Positions 29,926 to 42,220 of a stretch of 64,000 nucleotides of DNA are shown here, piece by piece. Under the pieces are notes generated by a model that was not told where the DNA came from, did no database searches, and worked only from the letters and a program-made list of their open reading frames with translations. Every line of letters begins with the position of its first letter. Within the stretch, counting starts at the first letter, position 1. The translations under genes were made by a program, and so were the position numbers. Source of the DNA: an uncultured Gammaproteobacteria bacterium (GTDB taxonomy: Bacteria; Patescibacteriota; Patescibacteriia; UBA9570; JBBTWU01). The stretch is taken from NCBI GenBank assembly GCA_964364425.1, contig CAYIMB010000001.1, positions 6,941-70,940 of the forward strand. The letters run 5' to 3'.

Positions 29926-30464
29926 ACAGAGGTTGTTTTAGCGGCCAGACGGTCAACGGCAGCCAAGAGTCCGGCCAACAGATCTGAAGGGGTTGGTGGG
30001 TTTCCAGGAATCCAGATATCCACAGGCAAGACCGCATCCACGCCACCAACAATTCCGTAAGAACCCTTAAAAATACCACCGTCTTTAGCGTTATCTCCAA
30101 AAGCCACCACAATTTTAGGTGTTGGCATGGCGTTATACGCACGTTTTAAGGCCTCTTCCATATTTCGTGAGACCGGACCGCTGACTAACAACATATCTGC
30201 GTGCCTAGGCGAAGCAGCCACATGAATACCATAGCGTTCCATATCATAGTAGGGGTTGGCCAACATATTCACTTCAACCTCTTCCGCGTTGCTGGAACCC
30301 GGATCAACCTCACGGATATGCAAAGAACGGCCAATCAGCCGTTTTATTTTTTGACTTAACTCCCCACGCAGCAGTTCAATATCTTTTGGAACAGCGGCTT
30401 CCTGAGCGAATTTTTTTTTGGTCACTACCCCGTTTAAGAGGCTTTTTTTGAGCAACTGAAACAT
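29922..30464 (-). CDS. NuoB / HycG-like small subunit lacking all four [4Fe-4S] cysteine ligands
   Basis: Conserved NuoB scaffold (ASPRHADMLLVSGPV...YNAMPxPKxVxAFG...GGVDxxLPVDIWIPGxPP). The four Cys positions read P, S/A, N and N. Confidence 0.85.
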   Translation of the reverse strand: MFQLLKKSLLNGVVTKKKFAQEAAVPKDIELLRGELSQKIKRLIGRSLHIREVDPGSSNAEEVEVNMLANPYYDMERYGIHVAASPRHADMLLVSGPVSRNMEEALKRAYNAMPTPKIVVAFGDNAKDGGIFKGSYGIVGGVDAVLPVDIWIPGNPPTPSDLLAGLLAAVDRLAAKTTSV

Positions 30465-30636
30465 AATTGAGAATTATAACTCCTCCCGCAAATCGAATTT
30501 TATCAGACAACTGTCAAGTAGTATTAGGAATACGAATCTCCTTGTCAAATGGCCTAAAAGCGAGTTTTATACAGCATGTCAAGGCAAAAAGGGGCTTGAC
30601 GCCGGGAAAAAAAATGATCCAAAAATTTTGGCTGGG

Positions 30637-30665
30637 TTGACACAAAATCCCGTACTCCGTAGACT
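30637..30665 (+). promoter_or_regulatory. Sigma70-type promoter TTGACA-N17-TAGACT for the ATP synthase operon
   Basis: Consensus -35 with a 17-nt spacer, 24 nt upstream of the atpZ-like ATG. Confidence 0.6.
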
Positions 30666-30689
30666 GGGAACGCGTAAACTTGACAGAGT

Positions 30690-30901
30690 ATGGATAAAGA
30701 ACCGTCTTGGGCTGATTCAATGCGCCTGGTAGGTCAGCTTGGTTTTGAAATAGCGTTGCCCCTGGTGGGAGGAGCGTGGGGAGGGCACTGGCTGGACCAA
30801 CGCTATACTGCCTCACCTAAGTTTTTGTTGGTTGGGATGGTTTTAGCCGTGATTCTCTCTACACTCTTGGTGGCACACAAAATTAAACAGTTGCTGAAAT
30901 A

Positions 30902-30902
<1 letters not shown>
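30690..30902 (+). CDS. AtpZ/AtpI-like small membrane protein
   Basis: 70 aa, two TM helices, immediately upstream of atpB. Confidence 0.6.
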
Positions 30903-31977
<1,075 letters not shown>

Positions 31978-31978
31978 C

Positions 31979-32479
31979 ATGGAATTCATAGAAAAATTTG
32001 GGATCGATTGGAAACTGTTGATTGCGCAAGCGGTTAACTTTGCCATTGTGCTTTTGGTCTTATGGAAGTTTGCTTACAAACCCATCTTGAAGTTGCTGCA
32101 TGACCGGGAAAACAAAATTGATCAGAGTTTAAAAGACGCGGACAGAGTGGAAAAGTTGAAAGTGGAAATGGAGCAGGAAAAGTCCAAAGTTTTGGCTCAG
32201 GCAAAGAAGGAAGCACAGGTGGTTTTGCAGGAGGCACAGAAGAAAATCGAAATGAATAGACAGGCACAAATGGACAAAACAAAAGGGGAGGTACAGCAGC
32301 TAGTGACCAAAGCCAAACAAGAAATTGCTGCGGAAAAGGTGAAGGCCATGAAGCAAGCGGAAAAGGAATTGGGCTCAATTGCGGTGACTATTGCAGAGAA
32401 GTTAGTCAAACGTGAGCTGACTGATACAGATCATGCTCGCTTGGTGAGTGAGACTTTGAAGGAAATAGGAACCGTATGA
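31979..32479 (+). CDS. atpF: F-type ATP synthase Fo subunit b
   Basis: One TM helix then a long charged helix. The ATG at 31979 is preferred over the TTG at 31970. Confidence 0.85.
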   Translation: MEFIEKFGIDWKLLIAQAVNFAIVLLVLWKFAYKPILKLLHDRENKIDQSLKDADRVEKLKVEMEQEKSKVLAQAKKEAQVVLQEAQKKIEMNRQAQMDKTKGEVQQLVTKAKQEIAAEKVKAMKQAEKELGSIAVTIAEKLVKRELTDTDHARLVSETLKEIGTV

Positions 32480-32877
32480 AGCGCGTATCCCCGGGGCAAC
32501 TCGCCAGACAATTATTCAAAGCTTTGGAAAGCTCGCAAGAGCAGGACCTAGTCATTCAGGTATTTGCGGAGCAACTGGTGCGGCACAGACTGAGACGACA
32601 TTTGCCTCAAATCTTGCGAGCCCTAGAGACGCTTTTAGATGAGAAAGAAGGATTGGTTAAAGCGAAGTTTACTAGTCCAGTAGAGGTAACGAACCACTTA
32701 AAAAAACAAGTTGAGCAGGCCGTTTCTCAAGCTGTGGGTAAACGTGTGGAACTAGAGACGCACCAGGACCAAGACTTACTTGGTGGAGCCGTGCTCAAAA
32801 TAGGGGATACCGTGTACGACGCTTCAATTCGTACACAATTAGCAAAATTGAAACTTTCGGTAGAGAACTATGGATAA
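32476..32877 (+). CDS. atpH: F-type ATP synthase subunit delta (short)
   Basis: Position in the operon and OSCP-like C-terminal region. Confidence 0.75.
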   Translation: MKRVSPGQLARQLFKALESSQEQDLVIQVFAEQLVRHRLRRHLPQILRALETLLDEKEGLVKAKFTSPVEVTNHLKKQVEQAVSQAVGKRVELETHQDQDLLGGAVLKIGDTVYDASIRTQLAKLKLSVENYG

Positions 32878-34369
32878 AGAAAAAATATTAGACTCGCTTA
32901 AACAACACATTTCTAGCTTTGCCGCTACGGTGGATAAAGCAGAAGTGGGAACCGTGATTGAAGTGGGAGACGGCGTGGCCAAATTATCTGGACTAACCCA
33001 AGCGGTGGCAGATGAAATGATTGAATTTGCCAACGGTGCGTATGGAGTGGTGTTGAACTTAGAGTCAGAACAAGTGGGCGCTATGGTGTTGGGTGATTTT
33101 TCTACCATCCGTGAAGGTGAAACGGTCAAACGAACCAATCGTATTTTGTCTGTTCCGGTGTCTGATGCCTTGATTGGTCGCGTGGTCAATCCTTTAGGCA
33201 TGCCTTTGGATGGAAAAGCAGCTATCTCATCCAAGGAATTCTATCCAGTAGAACGTATTGCACCTGGTGTTATTCAACGTCAAAAAGTGGATCAACCGGT
33301 ACAAACGGGTATCAAAGCTATAGACGCCATGATCCCAATTGGTCGTGGTCAACGTGAGTTGATTATTGGTGACCGGCAAACTGGTAAAACGGCCATTGCT
33401 ATAGACGCCATCATCAACCAAAAGGGGAAAGACCTGATTTGTATTTACGTAGCTATAGGTCAAAAGGAATCTAAGACCGCTCGGATTGTGGCCAAACTGC
33501 AAGAGACCGGAGCTATGGACTACACTATAGTGGTGAACGCTCCAGCTTCTAGCCCAGCTTCCTTGCAATATATTGCTCCATACGCCGGTGTAGCTATAGC
33601 TGAATTCTTCATGGACCAAGGGAAAGATGTATTGGTTGTATATGATGATTTGTCCAAGCATGCTTGGGCCTACCGTCAGATCTCTTTGATCTTACGTCGT
33701 CCACCGGGTCGTGAAGCCTACCCGGGTGATATTTTCTATGCTCACTCTCGTTTGTTGGAACGGGCTAACCGTCGAGCCAAAGAATTTGGTGGAGGTTCCA
33801 TCACTGCCTTACCAATTATTGAAACTCAAGCCGGTGACGTGTCTGCCTATATTCCAACCAACGTGATTTCCATTACTGACGGTCAAATCTACTTGGAGTC
33901 AGACTTGTTCTACCAAGGTATTCGTCCAGCCTTGAACGTAGGTTTGTCTGTGTCTCGTGTAGGTTCAGCAGCCCAACTCAAGCCTATGAAAAAAGTAGCT
34001 GGAAAATTACGTTTAGACTTAGCTCAATACCGTGAGTTGGCCGCTTTTGCCCAATTTGGGTCTGACTTGGATGAGGCAACCAAAAAGCAGCTAGAGCGCG
34101 GTAAACGCACCATTGAAATCTTGAAACAAGATCAATACCAACCAGCTTCTGTGGCGCATCAAGTGTTGGCCATATACGCTGTGTCTAACGGATTCATGGA
34201 TGATGTAGAAGTAGACAGCGTTCGTCGTTTTGAAAATGAAATGACGGAATATGTTGATCAATCCGCTCGTGAGTTAGTGGAAAAAGTGGAAAGTGGTGAT
34301 TGGAGTGATGAAACTGCAGACAAAGTGAAAAAATTGATTGAGGACTTTAAGCAAGTGTGGAGTAAGTAA
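32870..34369 (+). CDS. atpA: F-type ATP synthase subunit alpha
   Basis: Walker A motif GDRQTGKT and alpha-specific motifs. Confidence 0.95.
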   Translation: MDKEKILDSLKQHISSFAATVDKAEVGTVIEVGDGVAKLSGLTQAVADEMIEFANGAYGVVLNLESEQVGAMVLGDFSTIREGETVKRTNRILSVPVSDALIGRVVNPLGMPLDGKAAISSKEFYPVERIAPGVIQRQKVDQPVQTGIKAIDAMIPIGRGQRELIIGDRQTGKTAIAIDAIINQKGKDLICIYVAIGQKESKTARIVAKLQETGAMDYTIVVNAPASSPASLQYIAPYAGVAIAEFFMDQGKDVLVVYDDLSKHAWAYRQISLILRRPPGREAYPGDIFYAHSRLLERANRRAKEFGGGSITALPIIETQAGDVSAYIPTNVISITDGQIYLESDLFYQGIRPALNVGLSVSRVGSAAQLKPMKKVAGKLRLDLAQYRELAAFAQFGSDLDEATKKQLERGKRTIEILKQDQYQPASVAHQVLAIYAVSNGFMDDVEVDSVRRFENEMTEYVDQSARELVEKVESGDWSDETADKVKKLIEDFKQVWSK

Positions 34370-34370
34370 T

Positions 34371-36708
<2,338 letters not shown>

Positions 36709-36725
36709 ATCGATTATTACGCGAC

Positions 36726-37190
36726 ATGAAACTGACACTCAAAGTCACTACTCCAGACCGAACGTTGATCAACGCTGAAGTTGATCAGGTGACGGTACCT
36801 ACAAAAGAAGGGGAGATCACCATTCTCCCTGGACACGTGTCCTTAATGGGTGTGCTGGCACCAGGGGAATTAAGTATGAAAACTGATGCGAAGGAAGAAG
36901 CTGTTGTGGTCTACGGTGGCTTTGTGGATATCAGAGATGGAAGAGAAGTCAGAATTTTAGCTGATGAAGCTGCTCACGTTGCGGAGTTGGATTTAGAAAA
37001 GGCGGAAGCCGCACACGCTCTCGCGGTGCGGGTTATGGCTGAAAAGTTCAACCCAAGCGACTATGAAGATGCAGCACTTGCTGTTGAAAGAGAATTGGCG
37101 ACCATTCGAGTTGCTCGCAAATGGAAAGCCAAAGGCTTTGGAACAAGTACGGTGACAAGTGGGATCCCTGGGGCGCAAAGAAAAGAATAA
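36726..37190 (+). CDS. atpC: F-type ATP synthase subunit epsilon
   Basis: Beta-sandwich N-terminus, helical C-terminus, last gene of the operon. Confidence 0.85.
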   Translation: MKLTLKVTTPDRTLINAEVDQVTVPTKEGEITILPGHVSLMGVLAPGELSMKTDAKEEAVVVYGGFVDIRDGREVRILADEAAHVAELDLEKAEAAHALAVRVMAEKFNPSDYEDAALAVERELATIRVARKWKAKGFGTSTVTSGIPGAQRKE

Positions 37191-37193
37191 AAT

Positions 37194-37291
37194 AAAAACC
37201 GCAACAGCGGCTCAGAGGAGCGGGCTCATCCGGGAGCTTCAATCACCCTTCTTCGCCCATCTCCTCCTGCGCCGCTGTTTTTGCGTTTTTT
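37194..37291. terminator. Bidirectional Rho-independent terminator; its loop holds copy B of the hairpin repeat
   Basis: Stem AACAGCGGC (37203-37211) pairs with GCCGCTGTT (37271-37279). An A-tract precedes it and a T-tract follows. It sits between the convergent atpC gene and the minus-strand gene ending at 37290. Confidence 0.55.
37215..37276 (+). repeat. Copy B of the ~60-nt hairpin repeat
   Basis: Aligns with 34989-35053. The inner stem GGAG..GGGC/GCCC..CTCC carries two compensatory changes relative to copy A. Confidence 0.7.
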
Positions 37292-37673
37292 ATTTCTCTT
37301 CCTGGATCTGCGCCCTGAGTTTCTTCACTTTGTCAGCATCCTTCTTTTTCATTGCAGACTTGGTTGTCTGATGCACGGCATGTTCAATTTGATCAACTTC
37401 ATCCTCATATTTTTCAAACGCCTGGTTCATGAGTTTTTGAGCAAAACTAACTTCAACTGGATTATCTGGAAGGTCAGTTTCTAAGTCAGCCAATCTGGCC
37501 AAATCGCCCTCAATCGCTTTGACGGCTTGGTCTATAGCTTTGTTGATGGCTTCTTGGACACTGGCACTTAAACCGTGTTTTTCTAATTTATCTAAAAGTT
37601 TCTCCTTGATTTCAGGAGCTAGTTCTGCGGCCTCTAAAATTTCACGTGCCTCGACAGTTGTCATATATGCCAA
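37290..37673 (-). CDS. Hypothetical charged coiled-coil protein (127 aa)
   Basis: Protein-like composition, unlike the S/A-rich antisense plus-strand ORF 37519-38046. Confidence 0.5.
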   Translation of the reverse strand: MAYMTTVEAREILEAAELAPEIKEKLLDKLEKHGLSASVQEAINKAIDQAVKAIEGDLARLADLETDLPDNPVEVSFAQKLMNQAFEKYEDEVDQIEHAVHQTTKSAMKKKDADKVKKLRAQIQEEK

Positions 37674-37687
37674 ACAGACTACAGGAT

Positions 37688-38032
37688 TTATGCAGCCTGG
37701 GCAAATCGACCCTGAGCTTCAAGTAAGCCTCTACCTTTCTGAACTAAGGCTTGAGCTTGTGGAGCTTTTTTCTTTTCAGCCAAACCACCCAAAGTCCTCA
37801 GGACTTCCATATGTAAATTCCGGGAAGCAGAGCGTAAATCCACTACAGCTCCATCTAAGTCATGTTCTTGTGGAGTGCCGCGCAGGTCCGCTTGTTCTTT
37901 ACGCAACGTTTCTTTGGCTCCAGCAGTACGATCTTCAGCCCGAGTCATCCCACGAGCCAAAATTTCCTGGTTGGTTACAACTGGAGTCTCCTTTTTTTCA
38001 GATTTTGGCGCGCCGTGTTCAAGTGATGGCAT
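37688..38032 (-). CDS. Hypothetical charged protein (114 aa)
   Basis: Same reasoning as for 37290-37673. Confidence 0.45.
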   Translation of the reverse strand: MPSLEHGAPKSEKKETPVVTNQEILARGMTRAEDRTAGAKETLRKEQADLRGTPQEHDLDGAVVDLRSASRNLHMEVLRTLGGLAEKKKAPQAQALVQKGRGLLEAQGRFAQAA

Positions 38033-38122
38033 GGAGTTGTGATTAATTTGATTAAATGGAACCTAACAGAAATATATGGTTTTGTCAATCATTGGGCCAA
38101 AAAGACTCTATTTTCTATTGTT

Positions 38123-38150
38123 TTGACTCTCAGTGGTGGACTGATAGTAT
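38123..38150 (+). promoter_or_regulatory. Promoter TTGACT-N16-TAGTAT, 9 nt upstream of the helicase ATG
   Basis: Hexamers read directly from the sequence. Confidence 0.5.
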
Positions 38151-38159
38151 GTGGGAAGT

Positions 38160-41100
38160 ATGGAAAAAATCTTAGACGGTCTGAATTCAGCTCAAGCCGA
38201 AGCGGTGTGCCACCGGAATGGTCCATTGTTGTTGGTGGCCGGAGCGGGGACGGGAAAAACGACAGTCATTACCAGGCGCTTGGCCAAGCTCATTCAGGAT
38301 GGGGTGGCTACTCCTGATCAGGTATTAGCTCTGACCTTTACTGACAAGGCAGCGGGTGAGATGGAAGAGCGTATAGATACTTTGATGCCCTATGGGTATA
38401 CAGATTTATGGGTATCTACATTTCATTCTTTTGGAGAACGTTTGCTCCATGAGTATGGGCTGGACATAGGCCTGCCGCATCAATTCAAATTGTTGAATCA
38501 AACGGATCAATGGTTACTCTTGCGCGAACATATTGAGGAATTGGGCCTGGAGTACTACCGGCCAAAAGGCAATCCGACCAAATTTGTTGAAGCGTTATCT
38601 CACCATTTTTCTCGTTTGAAAGATGAGATGATTACACCGGAGCAATATGTGGAATATGCAGAAAAGTTGTGTCTAAACTTAGACGCAGAAGTTGCGCGGA
38701 CAAAACAAACCTTAACAGATGAAGAACGGGCAGGTGCAGATGAAGCCATACGTATTCGCGAGTTAGCCCACGCCTACCATGTATATCAACAGTTATTACT
38801 GGCAGAAAACGCTTTAGACTTTGGTGATCTGATTTTCCATACCGTGCAGTTACTAAAAAAACGTCCGGCTATTTTAAAAAAATTGCGTGATCAATTTCGC
38901 TATATTATGGTAGATGAGTTTCAAGATACCAACTTGGCACAATACGAGCTGATCAAGTTAATTGCTTCACCTAAAAATAATTTGGTGGCCGTGGGTGATG
39001 ATGACCAATGCCTCCCGGTAGGAACAAAAGTAACCATCCCCGGCGGAGAAAAAAGTATTGAGAGCATTAAATCTGGCGATGTGGTTTTGACTGCAGTCGG
39101 GAAAGGAAGTTTGAGCACTTCCGTAGTTTTAGCCTGTTCAAAAAAGAAAAAGACTTCAAGATTTCTTACATTTCAACTAGAAGATGGTCATTCATTAACT
39201 GCTACAGATAATCACAAGCTTTTTTGTTACGTCCCAAGAATTGATCAAGGGGGTAGAACCTATGTTTATGTGATGCATAGTTCATTGTTTGGGTGGAGGA
39301 TTGGAATAACAAATGATTTGGCCACCAGGTTATCTTTAGAAAGGGGTGCTGATAAAATTATAGCTTTACGCTCATTTTCTGATCCAGATGAAGCGAAGTT
39401 CTATGAAATACTGTGGGTTCTGCGTTATCAAATTCCGCCTGTTTGTTTTAAAGAAAGAGAGGGGGTAGCCATTAAGGGGGAATGGTTGAGTCGTCTATAC
39501 CATGAAATAGACACTGAAAAGAATATACAAAAGTTAGCAAAAGATCTGAGGGTAGATTTGCATAGTCATCATGTTGGTTTAGATAGTGTCAATAGAGGTC
39601 GGGGCAAGCGGCTAAAGATTCATTTTAAACTTTGCTATAGAAGTCATAAAATAAAAGGGAGGAATGATTCGATTCTATCTCAACCCCTTGTTCAACATAT
39701 AGTTGAGTTCCAAACTTCCCAATTAGACATCATCCGGAAATTAAAGTTAGCGGGAATTGAAACTCAGAAAGCTAAAAAAGGAATCAGGATCAGAAAGGCA
39801 GGTGTTGACTTAACTGTATTAGAAAACTTTGCACAAAAGGTTGCAGAGATTACAACAGGCTACATTGAATACTCTTTCGATGTCGGGAGAGTAAATATAC
39901 AATCTAAAAAAGCTTTATGTATGCCAGCAGGGAATGTTGTGATTGGTCATTTTTTGCCCGTACAAGTTAAAAATCATATTGAGTATAAAAAGGTTATTGC
40001 TATTCAAGAAAAAGTTACTACGGAGAATGTATATGATTTGGAGATTGCCAGAAGTCACAACTTTTTGGCTAATGGAGTAGTAGTACATAATTCGATTTTC
40101 AAATGGCGTGGAGCATCCGTGTCTAATATTCTGCACTTCCAAAAAGATTTTCCAAACCTGAAGCAAATCGTGCTCACAGAAAATTACCGGTCAGGGCAAC
40201 CTATTCTGGATTTAGCCTACCAATTCATTCAGCAAAATAATCCGGACCGTTTGGAATCAAAACTAGAGATTCAAAAACGGTTGGTGGCTAAGTCAGGACG
40301 TGAGGGAAAGGTATTTCATTTGCGCAGTATGACCGGAGAAGGTGAGGCGCATACTATTGTGAGAAAGATTGCGGAGTTGAAACAGGAACATCCGGACTGG
40401 ACCTGGAGTGATTTTGCCGTTTTGGTTAGGGCGAATGATCATGCGGAAAGTATTTTACCGTTGTTGGAACGGGCCAACATTCCTTACCAGTATGTAGCTT
40501 CCACGGGATTATTTTTGAAACCGCTTATGTTGGATATTTTGTCGTATTTGCGCGTGGTGGAAAATGTGCATAACAATTTGGCTTTGTACCGCGTGCTGAC
40601 CATGCCCATGTGGAAGCTGGCGGCAGAAGATGTGATGGCAGTGTTGAATTACACTGCCCGCAAACCGGTGGGGATGTTGGACACGCTGAAGAACTGTCGA
40701 GCCATTGGGGGCCTGAGCGTTCCAGCGTGTGTGACCATAGAACGCATGCTTTCACTCATGGCCCAGCACTCCCAATTGGTGCGTGAAAAACATGCGGGAG
40801 AGGCGGTCTTGAAGATTGTTCAAGACGTTGGATTGATGAAATGGATGACGGATCAAGAGGAACAGAAGGCGGCACAACATTTGGTCTTACTCAACCAATT
40901 ATTCCAACTGATCGCCTCGTTTGAACAAAGTGCTGAGGATAAGCGGGTTAAATACTTTCTACACAACGTAGATTTAATGCTTGAGGCTGGGGATGCTGGT
41001 GCACTGAAAGTAGATATTGATGAAGGGCCGGAATCAGTTAAAGTCATGACGGTACACGCTTCCAAGGGTCTGGAGTTTCAAGCCGTATTTGTCACCAATC

Positions 41101-42182
41101 TAGTGGATAAACGATTTCCTTCAGTTGGTCGGAACGAACCTATTTCTGTTCCGGATGATTTGCTCCAAGAAATTTTACCCACCGGGGATGCGCATCTTCA
41201 AGAGGAACGTCGTTTATTTTATGTTGCCTGTACCCGGGCTAAACAATACTTATTCCTTACCAGTGCGGAAGATTACGGTGGTATGCGGAAGAAAAAACCC
41301 AGCCGGTTTTTAGTTGAATGTGGATTGGCTGAAGTCAAAGCTGAACCAACCGGCGTGGTGGCCTTTGCAGCGCAAGATCAGGCCATTCCTGCGGAACGCG
41401 CTGTGGTGTTGTCGCATGCCCCTGAGACGTTTAGCTTCTCCCAATTTGAGGCCTATGAACGCTGTCCCTGGCAATACCGGTACCGGTTTGTCCTCAAAGT
41501 ACCGGCCCCCGGAAACTACTCAGCTTCCTTTGGTCGTAGCGTGCATGACACCTTGTTGGAGTTTTTTAAACGTGTGCGGTCTAACACAGAAGCCTCACAG
41601 GGCACGTTGTTTGGTCCGGCGGAAAAACTTACGCTTCCCACAGACAAAGACCTCCTCCAAATTTTTGAAGACAAATGGCAGTCTGATTGGTATGCTACAC
41701 CCAAAGCTGAACAAGAATATAAAGAAGCCGGTCGTAACGCCTTAAAAGAGTTTTACAACATCCATCATCAGGCCTGGCCCAAGGTGAAGTATTTGGAAAA
41801 AGGATTTTCTTTGCGTCTAAAAGACGTCACGGTGAAAGGTAAAATTGACCGGGTAGATGGAGTGGGAGATTCAAAGGTTCAGGTCAATGTGGTGGATTAT
41901 AAAACTGGGCGGTTCAAAGAAAAGAAAGACTTCAACCAGTTGTTTATTTACGCCATGGCCATTCAGGACGTGTTTAAAGAAGAACCGCAACAGGTTGGAT
42001 ATTATTTTATTGAAGAAAATAAACCTTTGGATAAACCGGTGACTCAGCAGGCCTTAGACAAAACGCGTGATTGGGTGCTGAACCTAGCTGAGCAAATTCT
42101 GTCCGGCGACTTTACGCCCTCCCCAGGCCAGCAATGCCAATTTTGTGATTACCGCTCCATTTGTGAATTTAGAGCGGTTTAA
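38160..42182 (+). CDS. UvrD/PcrA-family helicase fused to a C-terminal Cas4/AddB-like PD-(D/E)xK nuclease with a Cys cluster; interrupted by an intein
   Basis: Walker A motif GAGTGKT, motif II DEFQD, motif III VGDDDQ/SIFKWRGA split by the intein, C-terminal VVDYKTG nuclease motif and C...CxxCx5C cysteines. The ATG at 38160 is preferred over the GTG at 38151. Confidence 0.85.
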   Translation: MEKILDGLNSAQAEAVCHRNGPLLLVAGAGTGKTTVITRRLAKLIQDGVATPDQVLALTFTDKAAGEMEERIDTLMPYGYTDLWVSTFHSFGERLLHEYGLDIGLPHQFKLLNQTDQWLLLREHIEELGLEYYRPKGNPTKFVEALSHHFSRLKDEMITPEQYVEYAEKLCLNLDAEVARTKQTLTDEERAGADEAIRIRELAHAYHVYQQLLLAENALDFGDLIFHTVQLLKKRPAILKKLRDQFRYIMVDEFQDTNLAQYELIKLIASPKNNLVAVGDDDQCLPVGTKVTIPGGEKSIESIKSGDVVLTAVGKGSLSTSVVLACSKKKKTSRFLTFQLEDGHSLTATDNHKLFCYVPRIDQGGRTYVYVMHSSLFGWRIGITNDLATRLSLERGADKIIALRSFSDPDEAKFYEILWVLRYQIPPVCFKEREGVAIKGEWLSRLYHEIDTEKNIQKLAKDLRVDLHSHHVGLDSVNRGRGKRLKIHFKLCYRSHKIKGRNDSILSQPLVQHIVEFQTSQLDIIRKLKLAGIETQKAKKGIRIRKAGVDLTVLENFAQKVAEITTGYIEYSFDVGRVNIQSKKALCMPAGNVVIGHFLPVQVKNHIEYKKVIAIQEKVTTENVYDLEIARSHNFLANGVVVHNSIFKWRGASVSNILHFQKDFPNLKQIVLTENYRSGQPILDLAYQFIQQNNPDRLESKLEIQKRLVAKSGREGKVFHLRSMTGEGEAHTIVRKIAELKQEHPDWTWSDFAVLVRANDHAESILPLLERANIPYQYVASTGLFLKPLMLDILSYLRVVENVHNNLALYRVLTMPMWKLAAEDVMAVLNYTARKPVGMLDTLKNCRAIGGLSVPACVTIERMLSLMAQHSQLVREKHAGEAVLKIVQDVGLMKWMTDQEEQKAAQHLVLLNQLFQLIASFEQSAEDKRVKYFLHNVDLMLEAGDAGALKVDIDEGPESVKVMTVHASKGLEFQAVFVTNLVDKRFPSVGRNEPISVPDDLLQEILPTGDAHLQEERRLFYVACTRAKQYLFLTSAEDYGGMRKKKPSRFLVECGLAEVKAEPTGVVAFAAQDQAIPAERAVVLSHAPETFSFSQFEAYERCPWQYRYRFVLKVPAPGNYSASFGRSVHDTLLEFFKRVRSNTEASQGTLFGPAEKLTLPTDKDLLQIFEDKWQSDWYATPKAEQEYKEAGRNALKEFYNIHHQAWPKVKYLEKGFSLRLKDVTVKGKIDRVDGVGDSKVQVNVVDYKTGRFKEKKDFNQLFIYAMAIQDVFKEEPQQVGYYFIEENKPLDKPVTQQALDKTRDWVLNLAEQILSGDFTPSPGQQCQFCDYRSICEFRAV
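39009..40091 (+). mobile_element. Intein (361 aa) in helicase motif III
   Basis: Begins with Cys directly after VGDDDQ, has a block-B TxxH (TATDNH), and ends VVVHN followed by Ser. The extein halves rejoin to the canonical GDDDQSIFKWRGA. Confidence 0.8.
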
Positions 42183-42220
42183 CTGGACAAAACTACTTTT
42201 TTCGGCTAGACTGTCCACAT

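Noticed and set aside
37519-38046. 175-aa plus-strand ORF
   Set aside because: It is antisense to two minus-strand ORFs with protein-like charged, coiled-coil composition. The plus-strand translation is Ser/Ala-rich and low-complexity, so it is a shadow ORF.
39009-40091. Assigning a LAGLIDADG or HNH homing-endonuclease domain to the helicase intein
   Set aside because: No convincing LAGLIDADG pair or HNH motif could be identified by eye, so the question is left open.
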